NCBI RefSeq assembly: GCF_046119375.1
Contig: NW_027362761.1
Span: 993,364,001-993,428,000, forward strand
DNA: 64,000 nt
Reading direction: 5' to 3'
From: Phyllobates terribilis
Taxonomy: Eukaryota
Under the pieces are notes generated by a model. It did no database searches. It saw only the letters and a program-made list of their open reading frames with translations, and was not told the origin of the DNA. Below, in pieces: positions 43,453 to 54,875 of the stretch (its first letter is position 1; every line of letters begins with the position of its first letter). The translations under genes were made by a program, and so were the position numbers.

Positions 43453-45079
43453 TACAGACCAAAAGTTTGGACACACCTTCTCATTTAAAGATTTTTCTGT
43501 ATTTTCATGACTTTGAGAATTGTACATTCACACTGAAGGCATCAAAACTATGAATTAACACATGTGGAATTATATACTTAACAAAAAAGTGTGAAACAAC
43601 TGAAAATATGTCTTATATTCTAGGTTCTTCAAAGTAGCCACCTTTTGCTTTGATGACTGCTTTGCACACTCTTGGCATTCTCTTGATGAGCTTCAAGAGG
43701 TAGTCACCGGAAATAGTTTTCACTTCACAGGTGTGCCCTGTCAGGTATAATAAGTGGGATTTCTTGCCTTATAAATGGGGTTGGGACCATCAGTTGTGTT
43801 GTGCAGAAGTCTGGTGGATAAACAGCTGATAGTCCTACTGAATAGACTGTTAGAATTTGTATTATGGCAAGAAAAAAGCAGCTTAGTAAAGAAAAACGAG
43901 TGGCCAGCATTACTTTAAGAAATGAAAGTCAGTCAGTCTGAAAAATTGGGAAAACTTTGAAAGTGTCCCCAAGTGCAGTTGCAAAAACCATCAAGCGCTA
44001 CAAAGAAACTGGCTCACATGAGGACCGCCCCAGGAAAGGAAGACCAAGAGTCACCTCTGCTTCTGAGGATAAGTTTATCCGAGTCACCAGCCTCAGAAAT
44101 CGCAGGTTAACAGCAGCTCAGATTAGAGACCAGGTCAATGCCACACAGAGTTCTAGCAGCAGACACATCTCTTCAACAACTGTTAAGAGGAGACTTTGTG
44201 CAGCAGGCCTTCATGGTAAAATAGCTGCTAGGAAACCACTGCTAAGAACAGGCAACAAGCAGAAGAGACTTGTTTGGGCTAAAGAACACAAGGAATGGAC
44301 ATTAGACCAGTGGAAATCTGTGCTTTGGTCTGATGAGTCCAAATTTGAGATCTTTGGTTCCAACCACCGTGTCTTTGTGCGACGCAGAAAAGGTGAACGG
44401 ATGGACTCTACATGCCTGGTTCCCTCCGTGAAGCATGGAGGAAGAGGTGTGATGGTGTGGGGGTGCTTTGCTGGTGACACTGTTGGGGATTTATTCAAAA
44501 TTTAAGGCATACTGAACCAGCATGGCTACCACAGCATCTTGCAGCGGCATGCTATTCCATCCGGTTTGCGTTTAGTTGGACCATCATTTATTTTTCAACA
44601 GGACAATGACCCCAAACACACCTCCAGGCTGTGTAAGGGCTATTTGACCAAGAAGGAGAGTGATGGGGTGCTACGCCAGATGACCTGGCCTCCACAGTCA
44701 CCTGACCTGAACCCAATCGAGATGGTTTGGGGTGAGCTGGACCGCAGAGTGAAGGCAAAAGGGCCAACAAGTGCTAAGCATCTCTGGGAACTCCTTCAAG
44801 ATTGTTGGAAGACCATTTCCGGTGACTACCTCTTGAAGCTCATCAAGAGAATGCCAAGAGTGAGCAAAGCAGTCATCAAAGCAAAAGGTGGCTACTTTGA
44901 AGAACCTAGAATATAAGACATATTTTCAGTTGTTTCACACTTTTTTGTTAAGTATATAATTCCACATGTGTTAATTCATAGTTTTGATGCCTTCAGTGTG
45001 AATGTACAATTTTCATAGTTATGAAGATACAGAAAAAGCTTTAAATGAGAAGGTGTGTCCAAACTTTTGGTCTGTACTG
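43450..45079 (+). mobile_element. Full-length Tc1-superfamily element, DD38E (Intruder-type)
   Basis: TIR CAGTACAGACCAAAAGTTTGGACACACC at both ends with TA TSD. 38 residues between QQD and NPIE. Confidence 0.92.
43864..44916 (+). pseudogene. DD38E transposase, one frame with two nonsense codons
   Basis: ATG at 43864 (MARKKQLSKEKR). In-frame TGA near 43939 and TAA at 44503-05. ORFs 43957 and 44539 share the frame. Confidence 0.88.
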
Positions 45080-45199
45080 TATATGATGGAAGGAAAGGAA
45101 ATCCAGCTCCACAAACTCGTAATCTTCTTTATTTAGGTAAGTAAAAACAAATGATCAATATGGTTAAAACATACTTGCTACTGACATCTATGCATTTCA

Positions 45200-45887
45200 G
45201 GTGCTGTGGGGGTGACCCTGATTTTTTGTCAAAAGTCATCACAAGGATGAATCTTGGTATCACACCAATGATCCTGAAACAAAACAGCAGTCCAGCCATT
45301 GGAAGACAGCTTCATCACCCAGATTAATAAAAGCATGGCAAGTGAAATCAAATTTGAATTCCATGATGGTTTGTTTTTTTGACATCGAATGAGTCTTTTA
45401 CATTGAATTTGTTCCTCAGGGCACTACAGTCAACCAATATTACTATCTGCAAGTGCTGAAGCGATTGCATGAGGCAGTGAAAAAAAAATTACCTGAATTG
45501 TGGCGATTGGGGGACAGGGCTGCTTCATCATGACAACATGCCTTCCCACACAGCGTTGAAAATCACATTTTTGGTGAAAAATGTCATGACAATGGTTTCT
45601 CACTCCCCTTATTCATCCCAACATAGCCCCATGAGACTTCTTCTTATTCTCAAGAATGAAGAAAAAACTAAAGGGAAAGCATTTTCAGGATGTAGAAGAT
45701 GTGAAGAAAAAATAACTGGAGCACTAGTTCAGAAGAATATAAAAATGTTTCGAACAGTGGAAAAATCGTTGGGACAAGCGCATATCATCTAATGGACAGG
45801 ATTTTGAAAGGGATTAATGTTTTACAGGTGTTATCTTGAATAAAAAAAATGTAAATAAGTAATTCTCGTTTTTTGGGTACCCCCTCG
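45200..45887 (+). mobile_element. mariner-like fragment, degraded
   Basis: DESW...DPETKQQS..W and HHDN remnants. Terminus ...TTTTTGGGTACCCCCTCG. Confidence 0.7.
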
Positions 45888-46052
45888 CATATTAGATCAT
45901 ATACTAGGCTGCAACAGTAATAGAAATCTTTTGAAACTTAAAGTTGCCAGCTTCATTGAATTTTCCCAAAGAATTTGATTAATAGCAAATTAATTTTGCC
46001 CCGAATCTCAATCCTGCAAAGCATCTAATTGCCTCTAAAAATAGGGGTATAA

Positions 46053-46240
46053 GACCACGTTCACACGTTCAGTATTTGGTGAGTTTTTTTATTTGTAAGT
46101 CAAAACCAGGAGTGGGTGATAAATACAGAAGTGGTGACGTGTTTCTATTATACTTTTCCTCTGATTGTTCACCTCCTGGTTTTGGCTTACAAATACTGAA
46201 ATAAAAAAACTCATGAAATACTCACTGTGTGCGAGTGGCC
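46053..46240. mobile_element. Palindromic Harbinger-like MITE
   Basis: GACCACGTTCACAC ... GTGTGCGAGTGGCC ends. Internal inverted AGTATTTGTAAG.CAAAACCAGGAG / CTCCTGGTTTTGGCTTACAAATACT. Confidence 0.65.
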
Positions 46241-46269
46241 TCACACTCGCAGGTCTCCTAGGACAGATC

Positions 46270-46654
46270 TAGGAAAATGGTGACACAAGCACAATTTTTT
46301 TTTTACAAACGTCACATTTTTTTCTATGCTAGTTTGGTATCACTGTAATCATACTGAGGTGGAGAATCATATCACCAGGTCATTTTTACCATGCAATGAA
46401 CACCGTAAAAACAAAATCCCCAAAAAATTGTCAGAATTTTTTCACCAGTTCATCCCACTTTTTTTTCATATTTTTCAGTACATTGTATGATAAAATGAAT
46501 GATATTAATCAAAACTACAATGCACTCCCACACAAAAAATAAGCCCTCTTTAAGTTATATATCGATGGAAAAAAAGACATGACTCTTGGAAAAAAGGGAG
46601 GAAAAAACAAAAGTGCAAAAGCAAAAATTGTTTATTTATGAGACAAAGAGGTTA
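46270..46654. mobile_element. Terminal remnant of a TTAA-type DNA transposon
   Basis: AT-rich subterminal sequence ending in ...GAGG-TTAA. Family is uncertain. Confidence 0.35.
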
Positions 46655-47373
46655 AAGGCCGTGGCCAAAGCCTATCTGAATTTATATCATTCTCCCTCTA
46701 TTTAATGTAAAATACTAAGCACTCCTAATTTACTTCAATTAAAAAATCCTTACCCTTCACTCTCTACTCTAACTTCAAATCTGTGTTTTTTTTTTACTTC
46801 AGATGATGCTCCGTTTGAGTCTCACAGCATGCACTAGGGATTCTCTAAAGGGGACATCATCCATAATGGGTTGGTGTTGCGGTCCCCACTCTAAAACAGA
46901 TCATTATTGCTGCTGTGTTACTTTGTTTGCACACTGACAGTGCGCTCCTTCGCCGGCCCTTGCTGGCTTGTCACGTCTCTTTAAAGCTGGTGAAAGAGTG
47001 AACTGTCAGTTCTGCTATTTTATCACTTCTCTTTAGAGCCAGCAAGTGAGCACACTGTCAGTGTGCAATGAAAGTATCACAGCAAGGTGGGACAGCATAC
47101 TGAGCATGCATTGATATGGACAATTGGTGCATACGCAGTACTGCAGAGAATAGACCAGCCCCTGAAAGTGTCATCTCTGATGACAATGCGTGTCAGCTTA
47201 GGGACAGCAATTGTAGCAGTGACCGTAGCGCCAGTTCCCTAATGATGTCTTGAGGATCCTTGAATTGTGGCGATTGGGGGACTGGGCTGCGATCCAAAAT
47301 ACTGATGAAACTGGGATCCAAAATACTGATGAATCTGGGATCCAAAACACTGATGACACTGGGATCCAAAACA

Positions 47374-47562
47374 AAAACCAAGAGAAACAGGAAGGTACAT
47401 ATGTAGAAATGCGCACACCTCAATACATATTAAGTAAAAAAAATATACAAGCTTTATTATACACTTTTAAAAGTGTATAATAAAGCTTGTATATTTTTTT
47501 ACTTAATATGTATTGAGGTGTGCGTATTTCTACATATGTACCTTCCTGTTTCTCTTGGTTTT
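47374..47562. repeat. Spacer-less palindrome, about 95-bp arms
   Basis: Centre ...TATACACTTTT|AAAAGTGTATA... (47468/47469). The arms differ by one substitution and one A-run indel. Confidence 0.93.
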
Positions 47563-47777
47563 GGTTTAAATGTTTGAGTACATCATGACGCACCCTAAAT
47601 TTGTGATAGGGGCTGTGCATCCTTTTCTTTAGTTTTTGAATTTAACTGGGATCCAAAACACTGTGTAGTCTGTGTGCTGCCCGTGATTAACATTGCAAAG
47701 GATAGGAGAAGCTTTCTCATTTATTTATCCATACGTGAAAATCATCAATGAAACTGATGGTAAAAATTGACACTGAC

Positions 47778-50336
47778 CAAACACTGATGACACTGGGATC
47801 CAAAACACTGATGAAACTGGGATCCAAAACACTGATGACACAGGGATCCAAACACTGATGAAAATGGGATCCAAAACACTGATGAAACTGGGATCCAAAA
47901 CACTGATGACACAGGGATCCAAACACTGATGAATCTGGGATCCAAAACACTAATGAATCTGGGATCCAAAACACTGATGAAACTGGGATCCAAAACACTG
48001 ATGAAACTGGGATCCAAAACACTGATGAAACTGGGATCCAAAACACTGATGACACAGGGATCCAAACACTGATGAATCTGGGATCCAAAACACTAATGAA
48101 TCTGGGATCCAAAACACTGATGAAACTGGGATCCAAAACACTGATGAAACTGGGATCCAAAACACTGATGAAACTGGCATCCAAAATACTGATGAATCTG
48201 GCATCCAAAACACTGATGAAACTGGGATTCAAAATACTGATGAATCTGGGATCCAAAACACTGATGACATTGGGATCCAAAACACTGATGACACTGGGAT
48301 CCAAAACACTGATGACACTGGGATCCAAAACACTGATGAAACTGGGATCAAAAATACTGATGAATCTGGGATCTAAAACACTGATGACACTGGGATCCAA
48401 AACACTGATGACACTGGGATCCAAAACACTGATGAAACTGGGATCCAAAATACTGATGAAACTGGGATCCAAAACACTGATGACACTGGGATCCAAGACA
48501 CTGATGACACTGGGATCCAAAACACTGATGAAACTGGGATCCATAATACTGATGACACTGGGATCCAAAACACTGATGACACTGGGATCCAAAACACTGA
48601 TGAAACTGGGATCCAAAATACTGATTAATCTGGGATCCAAAACACTGATGACACTGGGATCCAAAACACTGATGACACTGGGATCCAAAACACTGATGAC
48701 ACTGGGATCCAAAATACTGATGAATCTGGGATCCAAAACACTGATGACAGTGGGATCCAAAACACTGATGAAACTGGGATCCAAAACAGTGATGACACTG
48801 GCATCTAAAATACTGCTAAATCTGGGATCCAAAACACTGATGACACTGGGATCCAAAACAATGATGACACTGGGATCCAAAACACTGATGACACTGGGAT
48901 CCAAAACACTGATGAAACTGGGATCCAAAACACTGATGAAACTGTGATCTAAAATACTGATAAATCTGGGATCCAAAACACTGATGACACTGGGATCCAA
49001 AACACTGACGAAACTGGGATCCAAAACACTGATGAAACTGACATCTAAAATACTGATAAATCTGGGATCCAAAACACTGATGACACTGGGATCCAAAACA
49101 CTGATGACACTGGGATCCAAAACACTGATGACACTGGGATTTATAACACTGATGAAACTGGGATCCAAAACACTGATGAAACTCGGATCCAAAACACTGA
49201 TGACACAGGGATCCAAAACACTGATGACACTGGGATTTATAACACTGATGAAACTGGGATCCAAAACACTGATGAAACTGGGATCCAAAACATTGATGAC
49301 ACTGGGATCCAAAATACTGATGACACTGGGATCCAAAACACTGATGAAACTGGGATCCAAAATACTGATAAATCTGGGATCCAAAACACTGATGACACTG
49401 GGATCCAAAACACTGATGACACTGGGATCCAAAACACTGATGAAACTGGAATCCAAAACAGTGATGACACTGGCATCTAAAATACTGCTAAATCTGTGAT
49501 CCAAAACACTGATGACACTGGGATCCAAAACACTGATGACACTGGGATCCAAAACACTGATGACACTGGGATCCAAAACACTGATGAAACTGGGATCCAA
49601 AACACTGATGAAACTGTGATCTAAAATACTGATAAATCTGGGATCCAAAACACTGATGACACTGGGATCCAAAACACTGATGAAACTGGGATCCGAAACA
49701 GTGATGAAACTGGCATCTAAAATACTGATAAATCTGGGATCCAAAACACTGATGACACTGGGATCCAAAACACTGATGACACTGGGATCCAAAACACTGA
49801 TGAAACTGGGATCCAAAACACTGATGACACTGGAATTTATAACACTGATGAAACTGGGATCCAAAACACTGATGAAACTGGGATCCAAAACACTGATGAC
49901 ACAGGGATCCAAAACACTGATGACACTGGGATTTATAACACTGATGAAACTGGGATCCAAAACACTGATGACACTGGGATCCAAAACACTGATGACACTG
50001 GGATCCAAAACACTGATGAAACTGGGATCCAAAACACTGATGACACTGGAATTTATAACACTGATGAAACTGGGATCCAAAACACTGATGAAACTGGGAT
50101 CCAAAACACTGATGACACAGGGATCCAAAACACTGATGACACTGGGATTTATAACACTGATGAAACTGGGATCCAAAACACTGATGACACTGGGATCCAA
50201 AATACTGATGACACTGGGATCCAAAATACTGATGAAACTGGGATCCAAAACACTGATGACACTGGGATCCAAAACCCTAATGAAACTGGGATCCAAAACA
50301 CTGATGACACTGGGATCCAAAACACTGATGACACCG
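47778..50336. repeat. 24-bp minisatellite (ACTGGGATCCAAAACACTGATGA[A/C]), about 105 units; outliers at 47283-47371 and 47643-47663
   Basis: Direct inspection. The translations show an 8-aa period (TLGSKTLM / VISVLDPS). Confidence 0.97.
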
Positions 50337-50384
50337 GTACCATTCTTTGCATATGTGAACAAACACGGACGTCTGAATGAGGCC
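50337..50384. mobile_element. Harbinger-like MITE right end bounding the minisatellite
   Basis: ...CACGGACGTCTGAATGAGGCC followed by TAA. The left end was not found. Confidence 0.5.
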
Positions 50385-50732
50385 TAAGAACTTGGGAACA
50401 ATTCAGATGTTTTGTCTGACAATTGTCTATATTTAATGTGACTGGCCTGATGGGGATTAAACTTTATATTCAGGTAAAACATATGATATGTTAATAAAAC
50501 AGGGCAAAAAAGTAGCTGCCTCTATCGATATGTTCCTCTTTCTAGGGAATAAGAATGGAAAAATCTGTTTTGCCCTCTAGGAACTCAGTGTCGCTATAAA
50601 GGCTCATAGCATGTGTCACGATATAATTACAGTAAAGTCATACACAGCTACATATGATCACAAAGACCTTTTAGACGTCTAGTGAATTTGTCCTACTGAA
50701 AAGTTGGGAATTCACCACATTTTCAATAGTAA

Positions 50733-51150
50733 AGGGAAACTGTCACTAGGTTTTTGCTACTGAGAGCGGCATGATATAGGGGCATAGACCTTGATTCTAG
50801 TGATCTTACTGGACTTACTTACTCACCTATTGGACTGATTGCTGCAGTTTTCATAAAATCACTGTTTTGATTGCTGCAAATCTGCCAGTTTTCTGAATGC
50901 TGAGCTCTGTGCATAGGCAGAAAACTTCTAATCAATGGTGGGGGTGGGGTTATACAGAGCTCATGATTATGGAGGACTACATGGCAGCAGGTTTACTGGT
51001 CCTCTAGGTATAATCTAAAAAAAACAGTAATTTAATCAAAATTACAGGAAGCAGCCCAGTAAGTGACACATTGCTGGAATCAAGGTCTCTGTCTCTACAT
51101 CATACTGCTTTCAGATAAGGCGGTAAAAACTTGGTGAAAAACTTGTCCCT
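50733..51150. mobile_element. T2/Kolobok-like MITE
   Basis: (G)TAA-AGGGAAACTGTCA ... TTGTCCCT-TTAA, with internal inverted blocks. Confidence 0.6.
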
Positions 51151-51819
51151 TTAAATGTATATCAAAACTGGATTTTACCAGACATTTGGCATACATGTAT
51201 TAATAAATTGTTTAACGTGATACATTACTATTTCCCAGAACTGGCCCACACGTAGGAAAGTGCTTCTATGACATAACATTCAATGCCCCATTTACCATTA
51301 GACAAGAGGGATTTGCATTAGCTCTAGTGTTCTGGGCAGCTTTCTCATCAGTCCTCATAGTAATGTATGGTACTATATCAGATAGACCAGACCACATGCT
51401 GGGAATCCTGGGCTTGTACATGTGTTCCACATGTGTCCCATTTTGTATCATGTGGACCATTCATGATATAGAGCTCTTTAAAGACTGCAAATATAATCTA
51501 CTCATCTCCGCTGACTATACTGATCATGACTTGTTTTACAATCATGCTACTTGTGCTTCTGATACCAAAGCAATAAGGGTGATCAGTGCACATTCTTAAA
51601 AGGTTTGTCAAACACATAAAAAATGTAGGAAATACTCAGCAGTTACTCACTGATGATATGTATTTGGCAATTTGGCTCTTAAAAATCCCTGGAATTTCAA
51701 GCAAAAGAAAAAACGTTACAAAATTGCCCATATCACTACGATTGCTTTGTTATTAAAGACTAAGTTAAAAGTTTGCAAAACACATGTAAATATAAGAGAG
51801 TTGGTGTTGGAGATCTTAA

Positions 51820-52526
51820 AGAGAACGTCACCAGGTTTTTTCCATATAATGTATGGCCTCTTCATTGGGGCCCTTTTTATCCTGTATACTGGAATGCTGT
51901 AAGAAAGTCCCAAGTCCGATCTGCAGTTCCTAAAAAATAGCTTTTATTGTACTTACAGATGGACCAGTTCAGTCCAAAGGGTGTCGCTAGTCTTGATCCG
52001 GCACCTCCAGTCTTCTTACAATTCCCGTCTTCCTTCTTGTGGATGACACGTTCTAAATCATCCACATCGTACCCATCACACTCCTGCACAGGCATATTTC
52101 TATCTGCCTTGCCGAGGCCAGAGAAAAGTACTGAAGTGCGCATACACCGGGAAAGGCCAAAGAGCTACAATGACCGGGAAGTAAAGCTGGTGCATGCGCA
52201 TTACAGGACTTTGCTCTGCCCTCAACAAGGCAGAAAGAAATGCGCCTGCGCAGGAGCGCGATGGAGGATACTTTGTGGAAGATGTAGGATGCGTCATCCA
52301 CATGAAGCAGAGAAGGAAGACAGCGATCGCAAGAAGAGAGGAGTCGGATCAAGACAAAGAGACGCCCATCGGGTCGGACCGCTCCATCTGTAAGTATAAT
52401 AAAAGCTATTTTTTTGGGATCTGCCGGCTGCACTGGCGATTTTTTACAGCATTCCAGTATACTGTAAAAAGGGCACTAACGGTGAGGCCATACTTTATAT
52501 AGGAAATACCTGGTGACAGGTTTCCA
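51820..52526. mobile_element. T2/Kolobok-like palindromic MITE
   Basis: TTAA flanks (51816-19 and 52527-30), ends AGAGAACGTCACCAGG / CCTGGTGACAGGTTTCCA, inverted arms ATACTGGAATGCTGTAA and AATAGCTTTTATT. Confidence 0.75.
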
Positions 52527-52724
52527 TTAAAAGCAAATCTACCTGATTAGCCAGTAATGACTTGCTCTATTATGGCATAAATATAAAAGCATGACCATCA
52601 GAAATGCTGGGTAATAAATCCTTATGTAAAGTACTACTACCTGTCATTACGTTTAGGGACAAAACTGTGAATTTTACGTGTTATCTTTTGCTACTTATTA
52701 TACTGGGTTTTGGAGATTCATAAA

Positions 52725-53808
52725 ATGTATATAAAAAGTCTACACACCCCTGTTAAAATATCAAGTTTTTGTCATGTAAAAACACATACAATAAGAATCA
52801 TTTCAGAACTTTATCCACCTTTAAATGTCACCTATAATCTGTACAAATCCATTAAGAAACAAATTGAAGTAATATTGATGGGGAAATAAAAACAACAAAC
52901 CTAAAATAATGCAGTTGCATAAGTATAAACACCACCCTCTTATATTTGGGGATGTGGTTGTGTTGAGAATTAGCCAATCACATTTATGTTAAATAGTAGT
53001 CAGTACACAGCTGACATAATTTAAATACATTCTGATTAACGTCATATAAAGTGTAGCTGTTCTAATAGGGTTTTCATGCATTTTACAGAAAGTAAACAGC
53101 TTACAACACAGCAAAAGGATCTCATTGTTGAAAGTTATCAGTCATGAGAAGGGTCCAAAAATATTTCAACGCATTAGATTGACCATGGAAGGCTGTGAAG
53201 ATCATCATCACAACTGTGACTTTACCTAGAGCTGGACATCTCTCAAAAAGTTTTGAAAAGACAAGATGAAAATTCACAGTTGTACTGTTCTATATTGAAA
53301 GAGAAGATGCTACCATCACTCAGTGTCCTTGGTGCACTTTTCCAACATGACAATGATCCAAAACACACATCTAAGGCCACATTTCTGAAGAAGAACAGGG
53401 TGAAAGTGATTCAGTGGCCAAGTATGTCTCAAGATCTGAACCCAATTGAATACCTAGTTGAGCATCACTCTCCATCCATCTTTCAGGTTATAAAAGAGGT
53501 CATTCTTGAAGAATGGAAAAAGATAAATGTTGCAATATGTCACCAATTTCTTCATTCCATACCTAGAAGACTTAGTGCTGCACTTAAAAATCATGAAGGT
53601 CATACAAAATAATAGATGTAGTAGTTTTTGATGTGGGGTATATTCATTTTTGCATCAACTAATTTGAGTGAAATTGAAGCGTTCGCAACGAAAGTTATAT
53701 TATTAACTTACTTTCATGTTATGGAATAAAAACAAGTTCTATGAAGCTCATTCTTGTCAAATTTTTGTAGATTTTCAAATAGGGTGTACTCATTTATGCA
53801 ATGCACTG
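52725..53808 (+). mobile_element. Old, deleted Tc1-like element
   Basis: ORF 53253..53612 FQHDNDPKH...DLNPIE. TIR-like AAAAGTCTACACACCCC. Confidence 0.7.
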
Positions 53809-53818
53809 CATTATCATA

Positions 53819-54460
53819 CAGTTATGGCCGAAAGTGTTGGCACCCTTGAAATTGTTCCAGAAAATGAAGTATTTCTCCCAGAAAATTAAAGCACTTACTC
53901 AAGTTTTGTTATACACATGTTTATTCCCTTTGTGTGTATTGAAATAACACAAAAAAACAGAGGAAAAAAGGCAAATTGGACATAATTTCACAAAAAAACA
54001 AAAATGGGCTGGACAAAATTGTTGGCACCCTCAACTTAATATTTGGTTGCACACTCTTTGGAATTATAAATTGCAATCAATCTTCCTATAACTATCACAG
54101 GCTTATCACACCTCTCAACCTGTATTTTGGACCACTCTTCTTTTGCAAACTGCTCCAGGTCTCTCATATTTGAGAATTTTAAGATCTCTCCACAGTTGTT
54201 CAATGGGATTTAGATCCGAACTCATTGCTGGCCTTCAGAACTCCCCAGCGCTTTGTTTCCATCCATTTCTGGATGCTTCTTGAATTATGTTTGGGGTCCT
54301 TGTCCTGCTGGAAGACCCATGACCTAGGGCCCAAACTCAGCTTTATGACACTGGGCACTACATTGTGACCCAAAATCCTTTGGTAATCTTTAGATTTCAT
54401 GATGATGCCTTGCACAAAACAACCCCTAAGCATCTTTGAATTTCCATCATATTTGACTGT
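53819..54460 (-). mobile_element. Tc1-like 3' fragment
   Basis: TA|CAGTTATGGCCGAAAGTGTTGGCACCC terminus. Minus-strand WVFQQDKDPKH. Confidence 0.75.
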
Positions 54461-54875
54461 ACAGGCAGATGGGACCAGGATGAAGCAAAGCACGCTCTAT
54501 GTGAGAGGCGCTTTGCGCGTGCCCGGGAAGTCAGGGAGCACCGTGCACATCACAGGGCCCTGTGACGTGCAGGGGAGGGGGGGAATATGATCATTAAGCA
54601 TATAGGCGGGGATTTGGGGGAATAATAAGCACATAGGCGGGGATTGCTTGGCGTCCCCTAGACGCCAAGCCTGTACAAAATAGAATTGATTAAAGCACTT
54701 TTCTCTGCAATCAAACCTCTACAATGGGACATACAGGTATGCATAGATTTACTTTTCTATACCCTGTATGGCCATAGTAGAGGTCTGATAACTCTAAAGT
54801 GGTGACAGATTCCATTTAAGTTGGGGCTGGTGAGCACCGGCTGTCCGCACAATGCCAACTTCATGGACTTGGCAT

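Noticed and set aside
47778-50336. CRISPR-like array of 24-bp repeats
   Set aside because: The units are head-to-tail with no unique spacers, there are no cas genes, and the context is eukaryotic.
47717-50387. 881-aa and other long repetitive ORFs (VISVLDPS / TLGSKTLM)
   Set aside because: Translation of a 24-bp minisatellite lacking stops in several frames on both strands; no unique coding flanks.
54646-54672. GC hairpin GCTTGGCGTC-CCCTA-GACGCCAAGC as a Helitron 3' end or terminator
   Set aside because: No CTRR terminus at the expected distance and no matching 5' end; more likely a MITE remnant.
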